From Flavobacterium sp. (GTDB taxonomy: Bacteria; Bacteroidota; Bacteroidia; Flavobacteriales; Flavobacteriaceae), in the NCBI RefSeq assembly GCF_041392085.1, contig NZ_JAWKMW010000006.1, positions 154,714 through 218,713 on the forward strand: DNA of 64,000 bases, given 5' to 3'. The notes beneath the pieces were generated by a model. It saw only the letters and a list, made by a program, of their open reading frames with translations. It had not been told where the DNA came from and ran no database searches. Below, piece by piece: positions 29,453 to 38,217 of the stretch (positions are counted from its first letter, which is position 1; every line of letters starts with the position of its first letter). The position numbers and the translations under genes were made by a program.

Positions 29453-30045
29453 CTTTTCTGAATTGCATTGATAATTTGAGTGGAAATATGCACTTTCCGA
29501 GCTTCCATTAACGCTATAAATTCATCGTCAGAAATAGCAATGATTCCTTTCACTAAAGTTTGAGCAGCAAATGGAAAAACGGTCATTGAGAAAATATCTA
29601 ATAAAAGTTGCTTTGGAGATAGGGGCATTATTTCTCCCAATTCAATTGCTCTTTCAATTTGTTTTACCAATTTTATGGGGTTCGGTCGTTGTTCTTCTTT
29701 GAGAAATTTTTCAACAAAATCAGGATTGTTGTTCATTTCCTGAATAATAAACTGAGGCAGAAAAGGATACTCAATCACAAAGGTGATATAACTGGCAGTA
29801 AACTTCTTTATTTTTTCAAATAGATCATCGTCTGAATTGAATATCTCATTAATTTGAGGGGCTAATTTGCCAAAAGCATTCATAAAAACGGCTTCAAAAA
29901 GTTTTTCTTTACTCCTAAAAAAGTAATGTAACATTGCTTTGTTTATTCCTGCTTCATCTGCAATCTCTTGCATTCTTGCTCCCATAAAGCCCTTGTTTTG
30001 AAATACTTTAAAGGCGGCTTCAAATATTTTTTCTTCTGTTGTCAT
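29449..30045 (-). CDS. TetR/AcrR family regulator
   Basis: GARMQEIADEAGINKAMLHYFFRSKEKLF. Likely start ATG 30045. Confidence 0.93.
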   Translation of the reverse strand: MTTEEKIFEAAFKVFQNKGFMGARMQEIADEAGINKAMLHYFFRSKEKLFEAVFMNAFGKLAPQINEIFNSDDDLFEKIKKFTASYITFVIEYPFLPQFIIQEMNNNPDFVEKFLKEEQRPNPIKLVKQIERAIELGEIMPLSPKQLLLDIFSMTVFPFAAQTLVKGIIAISDDEFIALMEARKVHISTQIINAIQKR

Positions 30046-30047
30046 TG

Positions 30048-30086
30048 AACTAACTATTAAGTTTAACCATTTGGTTAGCAAAGGTA
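30048..30086 (-). promoter_or_regulatory. TetR operon promoter and operator
   Basis: TACCTTTG (30086-30079) directly followed by palindrome taacca-tt-tggtta (30064-30077). Confidence 0.65.
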
Positions 30087-30126
30087 ATTATTAATTCATA
30101 TCATCAGTAAAAAAAATAACTATTTT

Positions 30127-31440
30127 TTATGATTTAGATTTTTGAATAAAAGATTGTTGCATTAAAAAAAGGAGAATTCCAGCCAAACTAAAGAACAAAA
30201 GGGTACCCAATACAATAAAAACAACAAGGGTAAACGATAAACTATTTTGATGTTGAGAAAACGTAATAGAGGAATCGCTAAACTGCCAAATACTCTTTTT
30301 AACACCCATTATAACTAAAACAAAAATAAAAAGAAACAATAATGATTGAACAAGCCAAAAAAGTGTATTTAAAGTAATCCTAGTTAATTTATTTAAAAGT
30401 GGAGGTGCAATGTAATAAAAAGCCCCTGCCAAAATAATCATCATGTTGATCCCGATTGTAGTGCCCATGGCATGAGCTACTGTAATGTGGGTTCCGTGAG
30501 TAAAAAGATTAACCGCCGGAATTGATAGTAGCAAAGCTAAAAATAAGTTGATGGCCACCCAATATTCAGAAGCCATGATGAAACGATAAGGGAAAAAGTA
30601 ATAATATTTTTTGGACTCAGAAAGTTGCTTTTTCCAATCTAAGATTATTTTTATAAATATAATCCACTCTGTCATACTAACGATATAAGACAAATGATGG
30701 ATAAATCGACTAGTAGGAACTAAATAAATATGATGCCCCCAATTAAACATCAAATTGAATAGACCAAGAAAATATAAGGCAAAGGCTATTTTTTTGTGAG
30801 CCATTTCCGAATTACCACTTATTTTTGTCATCATATAAAGCGAGAATCCATACAAAAGCTGATTTACAGCACCTACAATTGAACCATTTACTTTCCATTG
30901 TAGCGTTAAATCAGAAATCAAATCATTTTTAAAATAAGGAAATATCCACAAATAATTTTCTAAAAAAACAAAAAGGAAGAACAAAATTCCGGTAAACCAC
31001 ATCCAATAATAAGAGGGCCATTTTTTTTCGGTTAACAAATTTTTCAAAATGAAAAATAAAAAAATGACAAACGAAAGAAAAATGGGTAAAGCCCAGATAG
31101 GATTAAACTCCCAATATTCTCTGCCGGAGAAATCTTTTGTAAAATAACTGTAAAATATTCCACTAATAGAAATAAACCACAAAAACAAGTGAATTTTAAG
31201 CCATTTTGACAGTTTCAGATTAGGAAAAATTTCAAATAAAGCAAGTGATACACAAGCTAATCCACCAATAATTATTCCAAAATATGCAGAGCTAACATGT
31301 AAGGGGCGTAACACATGAAAAGGTAATATTCCTTGAGTTGCATCTGTAAAACGGTAAGACTCTGAGGCAAGATGACCAAAAAACATTCCTAACAATAAAA
31401 GTGCTAACGCAAAACGCATTAACCAATAACTTGTTTTCAT
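30127..31440 (-). CDS. NorB-like heme-copper oxidase superfamily subunit with non-canonical metal ligands
   Basis: 12-TM pattern; LRPLH48, GREYWE, WGH236H237, SMTE258, THGTHITVAH323AM325. The HLWVEG motif is replaced by NGSIVG. Confidence 0.85.
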   Translation of the reverse strand: MKTSYWLMRFALALLLLGMFFGHLASESYRFTDATQGILPFHVLRPLHVSSAYFGIIIGGLACVSLALFEIFPNLKLSKWLKIHLFLWFISISGIFYSYFTKDFSGREYWEFNPIWALPIFLSFVIFLFFILKNLLTEKKWPSYYWMWFTGILFFLFVFLENYLWIFPYFKNDLISDLTLQWKVNGSIVGAVNQLLYGFSLYMMTKISGNSEMAHKKIAFALYFLGLFNLMFNWGHHIYLVPTSRFIHHLSYIVSMTEWIIFIKIILDWKKQLSESKKYYYFFPYRFIMASEYWVAINLFLALLLSIPAVNLFTHGTHITVAHAMGTTIGINMMIILAGAFYYIAPPLLNKLTRITLNTLFWLVQSLLFLFIFVLVIMGVKKSIWQFSDSSITFSQHQNSLSFTLVVFIVLGTLLFFSLAGILLFLMQQSFIQKSKS

Positions 31441-31441
31441 T

Positions 31442-31888
31442 TTACTTTTTCAACGTATAAGTACCATTTATATTAATTTGATAATCGGTAGGATTAGCAG
31501 TTCCGGTTTCATTCATCGCTTTTAAAAAAAACAATAAATCTGTCAACTCTTTATCCGATAACTGAAAAGCCGGCATTTGCTTGACTCCACTTGTAATAAT
31601 TCCTTTTATATAAGCATCTGTCCTTCCCGGCTTAGACATAATATTGGTTAAATCCGGTCCCAAATAACCACCTAATCCATACATTTGATGACAAGTATGG
31701 CAATTGTTTCGTTGCCAAACTTCCTTTCCTGCGGACACATGTGTTTGTGTAGATAAATTTCGAAGCTCTTTATTTCTAAGAGGTTTTAGATAAATAGAAA
31801 AAGAAAATAAAAGAAACAAAACACTTAATGTAACAAATATTTTTAGAGGTGAAAACGAATAAAACTTAGCAACTATAGGCATATTCAT
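31442..31888 (-). CDS. NorC-like membrane-anchored cytochrome c
   Basis: One N-terminal TM helix; GKEVWQRNNCHTCHQMYGLGGYLGPDLTN; QMPAF. Confidence 0.85.
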   Translation of the reverse strand: MNMPIVAKFYSFSPLKIFVTLSVLFLLFSFSIYLKPLRNKELRNLSTQTHVSAGKEVWQRNNCHTCHQMYGLGGYLGPDLTNIMSKPGRTDAYIKGIITSGVKQMPAFQLSDKELTDLLFFLKAMNETGTANPTDYQININGTYTLKK

Positions 31889-33410
31889 TTTTTTTGTTTG
31901 TTTCTAAATGCAAGGCAATGGACGATTGATTCACGATAATCATCGCAGTTTGCAACATGTTCTCTAATTCACAACAATTTTGGCAACGGTAATAATAATC
32001 TACACACTCCATTAAATCGGTATGAATTTTAATCAACTGTGTTAAAACTTTCATTTTATCTTCTTGACTACCCTGTAAAACTTGGTAGGTCATAATGCTT
32101 CTCACTTGCTCTTTAAGTTCATTCAAAATAGCAGAATCAATGATTACGGGGGATTCAAATTCAATCAATTGGGTACATGAAAACTTTTGTTCAATCCCGT
32201 AAATAGAGGTAACTATTTGTTGAGCGGCATTAAACGAATAGACCAAAGCTTCCAACAAAGAATTAGAAGCCAAGCGATTGGCACCAAGTAATCCTGTACA
32301 CGAACATTCACCTAATGCATATAAATTTTTCACAGAAGTTTGTCCGTATTCATTTACCGTAATTCCGCCACATTGATAATGAGCAACAGGAACAATGGGC
32401 ACTAAGTCCTTTTCAGGACGAAGACCTGATGATATAATTCGTTCATAAATGATAGGAAAATGATCTTCAAATTCGTCTTGATTTAAATGACGAAGGTCTA
32501 AATACACAAAGGATTCAGCTGAGTGCTTCAATTCCTCAAAAATGGCGGCTGTAACGATATCTCTAGTCGCTAATTCTCCTCTACTATCAGAATTAAATAA
32601 AAATCGTTTACCATGTGAGTTAACCACATAACCGCCAAAACCTCTTACAGCTTCTGAAATCAGAAACAAATTACTTTTACCTTTTTCATACAATGCTGTG
32701 GGATGATATTGAATATATTGCATATCGGTAATTGTTGCTCCTGCTCTAAAAGCCATAGCTACTCCATCACCGGTGGCTATCGTTGAATTGGAAGTAAATG
32801 CAAACAATTGACCACATCCTCCGGTGGCAAGAACCGTTGTTTTAGCATAAATAATTTTCAATTCTGATTGTGATTCTAACATATACAACATTCCAATAGC
32901 TTCATTTTCATCAGAATCCCTATTGGTGATAACATCAACACAAAATGCATTTGGAATCACTTCAATGTTTGCCTCATTCTTAATTCTATTCCACAAAACA
33001 TCTTGGATATGCCAACCGGTTTGATCTTTGTAATGCACCACGCGGTTTTGAGTATGACCACCTTCCAAGGCCAAAGCAAGCTGACCATCTTTTTCGGTAT
33101 CGAATACCGCTCCCCATTTGATTAATGCATTCAATCGTTGAGGTGCTTGTTTAATCACCATTTCTACCACTTTGGTATTGCATTTTCCTCTACCTGCTGC
33201 TAACGTATCTTGAATATGTTGTTCAAAACTATCGGTAAGTCGGTTACAAACGGTCGCAATTCCTCCTTGAGCCAAGGAAGTATTGGTTAATTGTGCATCG
33301 TTTTTAGATAACACAATAATTTGTAAATCAGGTTGTTGTTCAATTAAATGAATGGCTAAGCAAAGTCCTGCTATTCCTGTGCCCGAAATTAATACATCAC
33401 ATGTTTTCAT
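31866..33410 (-). CDS. nadB: L-aspartate oxidase
   Basis: GTGIAG, LAQGGIA, LEGGH, QYHPT, LISEAVRG, ELATRD, AHYQCGG, GANRLASNSLLE. Confidence 0.93.
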   Translation of the reverse strand: MKTCDVLISGTGIAGLCLAIHLIEQQPDLQIIVLSKNDAQLTNTSLAQGGIATVCNRLTDSFEQHIQDTLAAGRGKCNTKVVEMVIKQAPQRLNALIKWGAVFDTEKDGQLALALEGGHTQNRVVHYKDQTGWHIQDVLWNRIKNEANIEVIPNAFCVDVITNRDSDENEAIGMLYMLESQSELKIIYAKTTVLATGGCGQLFAFTSNSTIATGDGVAMAFRAGATITDMQYIQYHPTALYEKGKSNLFLISEAVRGFGGYVVNSHGKRFLFNSDSRGELATRDIVTAAIFEELKHSAESFVYLDLRHLNQDEFEDHFPIIYERIISSGLRPEKDLVPIVPVAHYQCGGITVNEYGQTSVKNLYALGECSCTGLLGANRLASNSLLEALVYSFNAAQQIVTSIYGIEQKFSCTQLIEFESPVIIDSAILNELKEQVRSIMTYQVLQGSQEDKMKVLTQLIKIHTDLMECVDYYYRCQNCCELENMLQTAMIIVNQSSIALHLETNKKNEYAYSC

Positions 33411-33414
33411 AGGT

Positions 33415-34344
33415 TTAAATTTGAAGCATTCGTTGAATGGGGGGTATAGCTTTTGTGATTATTTCTTGTTCTAATAACACTTCAGGTGATTCGTCTAAAA
33501 GACACGTATAAATTTTTTCTAACGTATTCATTTTCATAAATGCACATTCACTACAGGCACAAGTATTATCTTCTTTGGAAGGTGCAGGAATGAGTATTTT
33601 ATCTGGAACTTCTTGTTGCATTTTATACAAAATTCCATGTTCAGTAGCTATAATAAATTTTGTTTTGGGTGAAGATTTTATATAGTTAATCATTCCGGAA
33701 GTAGATCCAATATAGTGTGCTGTTCGCAAAATATGAGCTTCTGATTCAGGATGAGCAACTATAACTGCATCAGGATTTTTTTGGTGTAAACGAATTAGTT
33801 TTTCCAACGAAAATGCTTCGTGTACCACACAAGAACCTTCCCATAAAACCATATTCCGACCGGTTTCTTTGATAAGATAATTTCCTAAATTCCTATCCGG
33901 TGCAAAAACAATTTTTTGTTCTTTAGGTATTGTGCTAATTACTTTTATAGCATTGGAAGAAGTGCAAACATAATCACTTAGGGTTTTAATTTCTGCCGAA
34001 CAATTGATGTACGTAACAACCACGTGATTGGGATAATTTTTAAGAAATTCTTCAAATTTATCGGGCGGACAACCATCAGCCAATGAACATCCTGCATTTA
34101 TGTCGGGAACGATTACTTTTTTTGACGGATTTAAAATTTTTGCCGTTTCTGCCATAAAATATACACCGGCAAATACAATAATTTCTGCATTTGTTAAAGC
34201 TGCTTTTCTGGAAAGTTCAAGACTATCACCCACAAAATCTGCAATTTCCTGAATCTCAGGAGACTGATAATAATGTGCTAATAGTATTGCTTTTTTTGTT
34301 TGCTTTAAGGCTGTAATTTTTTGTTGTAAAGTCGATACATTCAT
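33415..34344 (-). CDS. nadA: Quinolinate synthase
   Basis: LAHYYQ, GDSLEL, AGCSLA, TYINCSA, CTSSNA, GSCVVH, AHPE, CAFMKM. Confidence 0.96.
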   Translation of the reverse strand: MNVSTLQQKITALKQTKKAILLAHYYQSPEIQEIADFVGDSLELSRKAALTNAEIIVFAGVYFMAETAKILNPSKKVIVPDINAGCSLADGCPPDKFEEFLKNYPNHVVVTYINCSAEIKTLSDYVCTSSNAIKVISTIPKEQKIVFAPDRNLGNYLIKETGRNMVLWEGSCVVHEAFSLEKLIRLHQKNPDAVIVAHPESEAHILRTAHYIGSTSGMINYIKSSPKTKFIIATEHGILYKMQQEVPDKILIPAPSKEDNTCACSECAFMKMNTLEKIYTCLLDESPEVLLEQEIITKAIPPIQRMLQI

Positions 34345-34346
34345 TT

Positions 34347-34370
34347 AAATAGGACTTTTTTATCTTATTT
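34347..34370. promoter_or_regulatory. Putative Rrf2 operator upstream of nadA
   Basis: aaataggacttttttatcttattt, imperfect palindrome, 21/24 identical to 37896-37919. Confidence 0.6.
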
Positions 34371-34386
34371 GTAATTAAAATTTTTT

Positions 34387-34821
34387 TTATGTTTTTAAAA
34401 AGGTGGAATGAGAAACTAAACCACTAACTAAATCGGCTAACGATGTAGAATCTAAAGCTAATTTTAATTGCTCACGAATAGGTTTATATTGATTGTGAAA
34501 CGGGCATGGTTTAATTTCTGAACAATCATTTAAACCTAAACTACATCTTTTAAATAGAGCTTCTCCATCAATGGCTAAAATAATATCACTTAATGTAACC
34601 TGAATAAGTTTTTCTTTAGAAACAAAAAAACCACCGCCATTTCCTTTCAGGGAATCAACTATATTGTTTCGGGCTAATTTTTGTAAAATTTTAGCCGTAA
34701 ACGACTCAGGTGAATCAATCTTACGTGCAATTTCTCGCAAACTGATTCGATTACCTTGTTCCGTTTCTGCTGCAATTACTAAAGTTGCCCTAACGGCATA
34801 TTCACATGTTTTAGAAAGCAT
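34387..34821 (-). CDS. Rrf2 family transcriptional regulator (second paralog)
   Basis: MLSKTCEYAVRA, SPESFTAKILQKL, C-x6-C-x5-CPFH. Confidence 0.92.
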   Translation of the reverse strand: MLSKTCEYAVRATLVIAAETEQGNRISLREIARKIDSPESFTAKILQKLARNNIVDSLKGNGGGFFVSKEKLIQVTLSDIILAIDGEALFKRCSLGLNDCSEIKPCPFHNQYKPIREQLKLALDSTSLADLVSGLVSHSTFLKT

Positions 34822-34860
34822 TTTTTATTTCAAAAATAGTCATAATTCTCCAACAAAAAG

Positions 34861-34904
34861 CAAATGTATTAACTCTAACAACCCTTAGGTATGATTTTAA
34901 TCAT
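34861..34904 (-). promoter_or_regulatory. Promoter of rrf2-nadAB-norCB-like operon with ATGA-N6-TCAT box
   Basis: TACATTTG (34868-34861), 22 nt, ATGAttttaaTCAT 34891-34904. Confidence 0.72.
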
Positions 34905-34905
34905 A

Positions 34906-35589
34906 TTAACGCATGCAAAGTCGAATGTTATGAGTTGATAAATGCGTATAGTCAAAATTTTTTGAATTATTGAGTGGCTTCAAAGTGATAGAATTATTTC
35001 TGAAGGGTTGCAAAAAATAATTTCCATTATAGTCATTATCTTCTAAAAGTTGGGTCATTTGGACAATATCATTTTCATTTAACAAATCGGTGTGAACAGT
35101 TGTTCGCACTTCAAAAGGGGTTTTTGATTGTTGTAAAATAGAAAGACATACCAAAAATTGCTCATAAAACCTAGATTCAGTAATGCTTTTAAACTTAGCT
35201 CGGGTTGCTTTAAAATCTAAAGCAACATAATCAATCAAACCCAAGGTAATAGCTTCCCGTAATCGTGCTGGCTTACTACCGTTAGTGTCACCTTTAATCA
35301 AAAACCCCATCGCTTTAATCAAAACCATTAATTCTAAGGATTCTTTGTACAACAAACATTCACCACCACTAAAAACAACAGCATCTAATAAACCTCTTCG
35401 TTTTTCCAAAAAAGAAAGTATTTCGGGAATGGAATAACTTCCTTTCCCGAAAACAATCTCCGGATTATAACAATAACTACATTTCATATTGCATCCCGCA
35501 AACCAAAGAATGCAGGCAGTTTGGTCGGGATAATCCAATAAAGTAAAAGCAGTGATGCTATGAACAATTTTTTTAGCACTTGGTTTCAT
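34906..35589 (-). CDS. nrdG: Anaerobic ribonucleotide reductase activating radical SAM enzyme
   Basis: LLDYP, GCNMKCSYCYNP, FSGGE, DTNGS. Likely start ATG 35589. Confidence 0.93.
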   Translation of the reverse strand: MKPSAKKIVHSITAFTLLDYPDQTACILWFAGCNMKCSYCYNPEIVFGKGSYSIPEILSFLEKRRGLLDAVVFSGGECLLYKESLELMVLIKAMGFLIKGDTNGSKPARLREAITLGLIDYVALDFKATRAKFKSITESRFYEQFLVCLSILQQSKTPFEVRTTVHTDLLNENDIVQMTQLLEDNDYNGNYFLQPFRNNSITLKPLNNSKNFDYTHLSTHNIRLCMR

Positions 35590-35743
35590 TAAAATGTGTG
35601 CGTTGTTTGTGTTCTCCTTTTTTACCAATGTTAAAACTTTCTACCGGCCTGTGATAGCCCATTACTCGGGTATAAACTAAACATTTGGTTCGCAATTCGT
35701 TGTGTTGTTCTAATACAGAATTAGTTTGAGTTTGTGATTTCAT
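35573..35743 (-). CDS. Stand-alone glycyl-radical domain of class III RNR (56 aa)
   Basis: Below the ORF-track cutoff. Hand translation MKSQTQTNSVLEQHNELRTKCLVYTRVMGYHRPVESFNIGKKGEHKQRTHFNETKC; RVMGY is the NrdD glycyl-radical motif. Confidence 0.9.
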   Translation of the reverse strand: MKSQTQTNSVLEQHNELRTKCLVYTRVMGYHRPVESFNIGKKGEHKQRTHFNETKC

Positions 35744-37841
35744 AGTGGTTTGATTTAAGTTTTTCTAACAAAATTTCGTCGCATTTCGGACAGTATTCGT
35801 GTTCACCATTCAAATAACCATGAACGGAACAAACACTAAACACTGGCGTAACGGTGATATAAGGTAATTTAAAGTTGGTAATCACTTTTTTTACAAAATT
35901 TCTGCAAGCTTCGGGTGAGCTGATTTTTTCATTCATATATAAATGCAAAACGGTTCCTCCCGTGTATTTACATTGTAAATCATCTTGCATCATTAAAGCT
36001 TCAAACGGATCTTCGGTAAAATCTACCGGAATTTGTGAACTATTGGTGTAATAAATATTTTCTCCTTCACCGGCTTGAATAATATCGTGATAACGCTTTT
36101 TATCTTCTTTGGCAAAACGATAGGTGGTTCCTTCGGCCGGAGTAGCCTCTAAATTGTATAAATTTCCGGTTTCCTCCTGAAATGCTTTCATACAATTTCT
36201 TATATGTTCTAATAATTCTAAGGCCATTTCAGAACCAAAATGACTCGTAATGTCGTGTTTACCATTTGTGAAATTTAAAATCATTTCATTAATTCCATTC
36301 ACACCAATGGTGGAAAAATGATTCCGAAAATGAGGCAAATAGCGTTTGGTATACGGATACAATCCTCGGTCGTACATCTCTTGCACAAATACACGTTTTT
36401 TCTCTAAAGTTGATTTTGAAATTGCTAACAGATGATCCAATTGCTGATACAACTGCAATTTGTTACCGGCATTCAAATAGCCCAAACGAGCCATATTAAT
36501 AGTAACAACACCAATACTTCCGGTCATTTCTGCACTGCCAAATAAACCATTGCCTCGTTTTAATAATTCTCGCAAATCTAGTTGTAATCTACAGCACATG
36601 CTTCGAACAGCATTGGGTTTGTAGGCATTCGGGTTTTCTACTTTTTGGCCGTTAGCATCAAAAGTGTACTGGCTTCCAATAAAATTCTGAAAGTAAGACG
36701 ACCCAATTTTGGCCGTATTTTCAAATAATAAGTCGGTGTTTTCTCCATACCAATCAAAATCTTCAGTAATGTTTACTGTGGGAATGGGAAAAGTAAAGGG
36801 TTGTCCATTGGCATCGCCCTCTGTCATCACTGTATAATAGGCTTTATTAATCATATTCATTTCCGGTTGAAAATGTTCATACCGCATTTCAATAACCTCA
36901 GTAACGCCCCTAATCTTTGCTCGATGTGCCAAATCGGGTGTTGTATGATGTAGAAATAAGTGTGCATTATTGCGTGTAGGAATTTGTTCTTTCAAATCAC
37001 TCGGAACAACCCAATCCAAAGTGATATTCGTAAAAGGTGATTGTCCCCACCGTGCGGGAACATTTAAATTATAAACAAAACTTCGTATGGCTTTCAGTAC
37101 CTCCTCATAACGTAAGTTGTCTTTAAAAACATAGGGGGCTAAATAGGTATCAAACGAACTAAACGCTTGTGCTCCCGCCCATTCACTCTGCAAAATACCT
37201 AAAAAATTAGCCATTTGTCCCAAAGCTTCTCTAAAATGAGAGGGAGGTTTACTTTCCACACGTCCACGAACTCCGTTAAACCCATCGTTTAATAAAACGC
37301 GTAAACTCCATCCTGCACAATAACCGGTCAAGCAATCCAAATCGTGTATATGAATATCACCGTTTCGGTGTGCATAGCCTTCTTCTTGTGTATACACTTT
37401 ATCCAGCCAGTAATTGGCAATAATTTTGCCGGCCACATTATTCACTAAGCCGGCATTTGAATAAGATGTATTGGCATTCGCATTAATTCGCCAATCGGTT
37501 TGCGAAATATATTCTTCAATAGTTTGCGTACTATCTACGTAGGTTGTATCTTCATTCAATCCGAGCACGTGTTCCCGTTGCATTTTTCGGGTGTGCCGAT
37601 AGACCATGAACGATTTCATTACAGAAAAATAGTTCATACTAAACAGCACTTTTTCAATACTATCTTGAATTTCTTCTACAGCCCAAGTTTCTTTAGTGTC
37701 TAATATTTTCATCACTTCTTCTACCACTAACGGATTAAAGATTTGCGATTCACTTTGGAATGCTTTTTCGATTGCTTGTTCAATTTTAAATAATTCAAAT
37801 GGTCGAAAAATTCCATTTCTTTTAATAACATATTTTTCCAT
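35721..37841 (-). CDS. nrdD: Class III anaerobic ribonucleoside-triphosphate reductase lacking its C-terminal Gly loop
   Basis: N-terminal ATP cone, HIHDLD, GYCAGW, SMCCRL, EATPAEG, YTGGT, Zn ribbon CSVHG...CPKC, then stop. Confidence 0.95.
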   Translation of the reverse strand: MEKYVIKRNGIFRPFELFKIEQAIEKAFQSESQIFNPLVVEEVMKILDTKETWAVEEIQDSIEKVLFSMNYFSVMKSFMVYRHTRKMQREHVLGLNEDTTYVDSTQTIEEYISQTDWRINANANTSYSNAGLVNNVAGKIIANYWLDKVYTQEEGYAHRNGDIHIHDLDCLTGYCAGWSLRVLLNDGFNGVRGRVESKPPSHFREALGQMANFLGILQSEWAGAQAFSSFDTYLAPYVFKDNLRYEEVLKAIRSFVYNLNVPARWGQSPFTNITLDWVVPSDLKEQIPTRNNAHLFLHHTTPDLAHRAKIRGVTEVIEMRYEHFQPEMNMINKAYYTVMTEGDANGQPFTFPIPTVNITEDFDWYGENTDLLFENTAKIGSSYFQNFIGSQYTFDANGQKVENPNAYKPNAVRSMCCRLQLDLRELLKRGNGLFGSAEMTGSIGVVTINMARLGYLNAGNKLQLYQQLDHLLAISKSTLEKKRVFVQEMYDRGLYPYTKRYLPHFRNHFSTIGVNGINEMILNFTNGKHDITSHFGSEMALELLEHIRNCMKAFQEETGNLYNLEATPAEGTTYRFAKEDKKRYHDIIQAGEGENIYYTNSSQIPVDFTEDPFEALMMQDDLQCKYTGGTVLHLYMNEKISSPEACRNFVKKVITNFKLPYITVTPVFSVCSVHGYLNGEHEYCPKCDEILLEKLKSNHYEITNSN

Positions 37842-37883
37842 ACAATTTGTTTTTTTGAAGAATTAATGTGCAGTTTGATTTCT

Positions 37884-37919
37884 CAAATTTAATTCAAATA
37901 AGACTTTTTTATCCTGTTT
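37884..37919 (-). promoter_or_regulatory. nrdD promoter with putative Rrf2 operator
   Basis: TAAATTTG (37891-37884); aaataagacttttttatcctgttt (37896-37919) covers the promoter spacer. Confidence 0.6.
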
Positions 37920-37970
37920 AAAAAATAAGAAATCAACAAATTAAAAAGTAGAATTGTTGATAAGTAAAAT

Positions 37971-38000
37971 AAAAAAAGGACACTTCCTAAAAAGTATCCT
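37971..38000 (-). terminator. Intrinsic terminator after sqr and the small ORF
   Basis: Minus strand aggatactt-tttagg-aagtgtcct-tttttt. Confidence 0.8.
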
Positions 38001-38041
38001 CCATTCAACCAATAAAAATTATTTCAACCTCAAGAAATAAT

Positions 38042-38170
38042 CTACGTTCGAGTGCCACCATGACCACCAGCAACAATTTTTAAAATCCGTATGTTCAAAT
38101 AGAAAAATTTAAAAAACTGAATGAATGGATTTTGCATTTTTCTTTTTTGAGAAATCGATATTCGTTGCAT
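38042..38170 (-). CDS. Putative 42-aa small protein downstream of sqr
   Basis: MQRISISQKRKMQNPFIQFFKFFYLNIRILKIVAGGHGGTRT; A-rich start with A at -3; lies before the terminator. Confidence 0.55.
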   Translation of the reverse strand: MQRISISQKRKMQNPFIQFFKFFYLNIRILKIVAGGHGGTRT

Positions 38171-38217
38171 AATTATATTTTTAAATGTTATTAACTTTTT
38201 TGGTTAATTTCTAAATT

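Noticed and set aside
30107-30120. gtaaaaaaaataac as a GTAAC-type box before the TetR operon
   Set aside because: Several mismatches, low complexity and 20-nt rather than 22-nt spacing.
30127-31440. Calling this gene norB or ccoN
   Set aside because: It lacks the helix VI His and Glu residues and the second His of HxH, and there are no ccoOP partners, so neither name is supported.
35721-35765. Programmed +1 frameshift joining nrdD to the Gly-loop ORF
   Set aside because: Only a short A run and no stimulatory structure, while the small ORF has a good start context. Not fully excluded.
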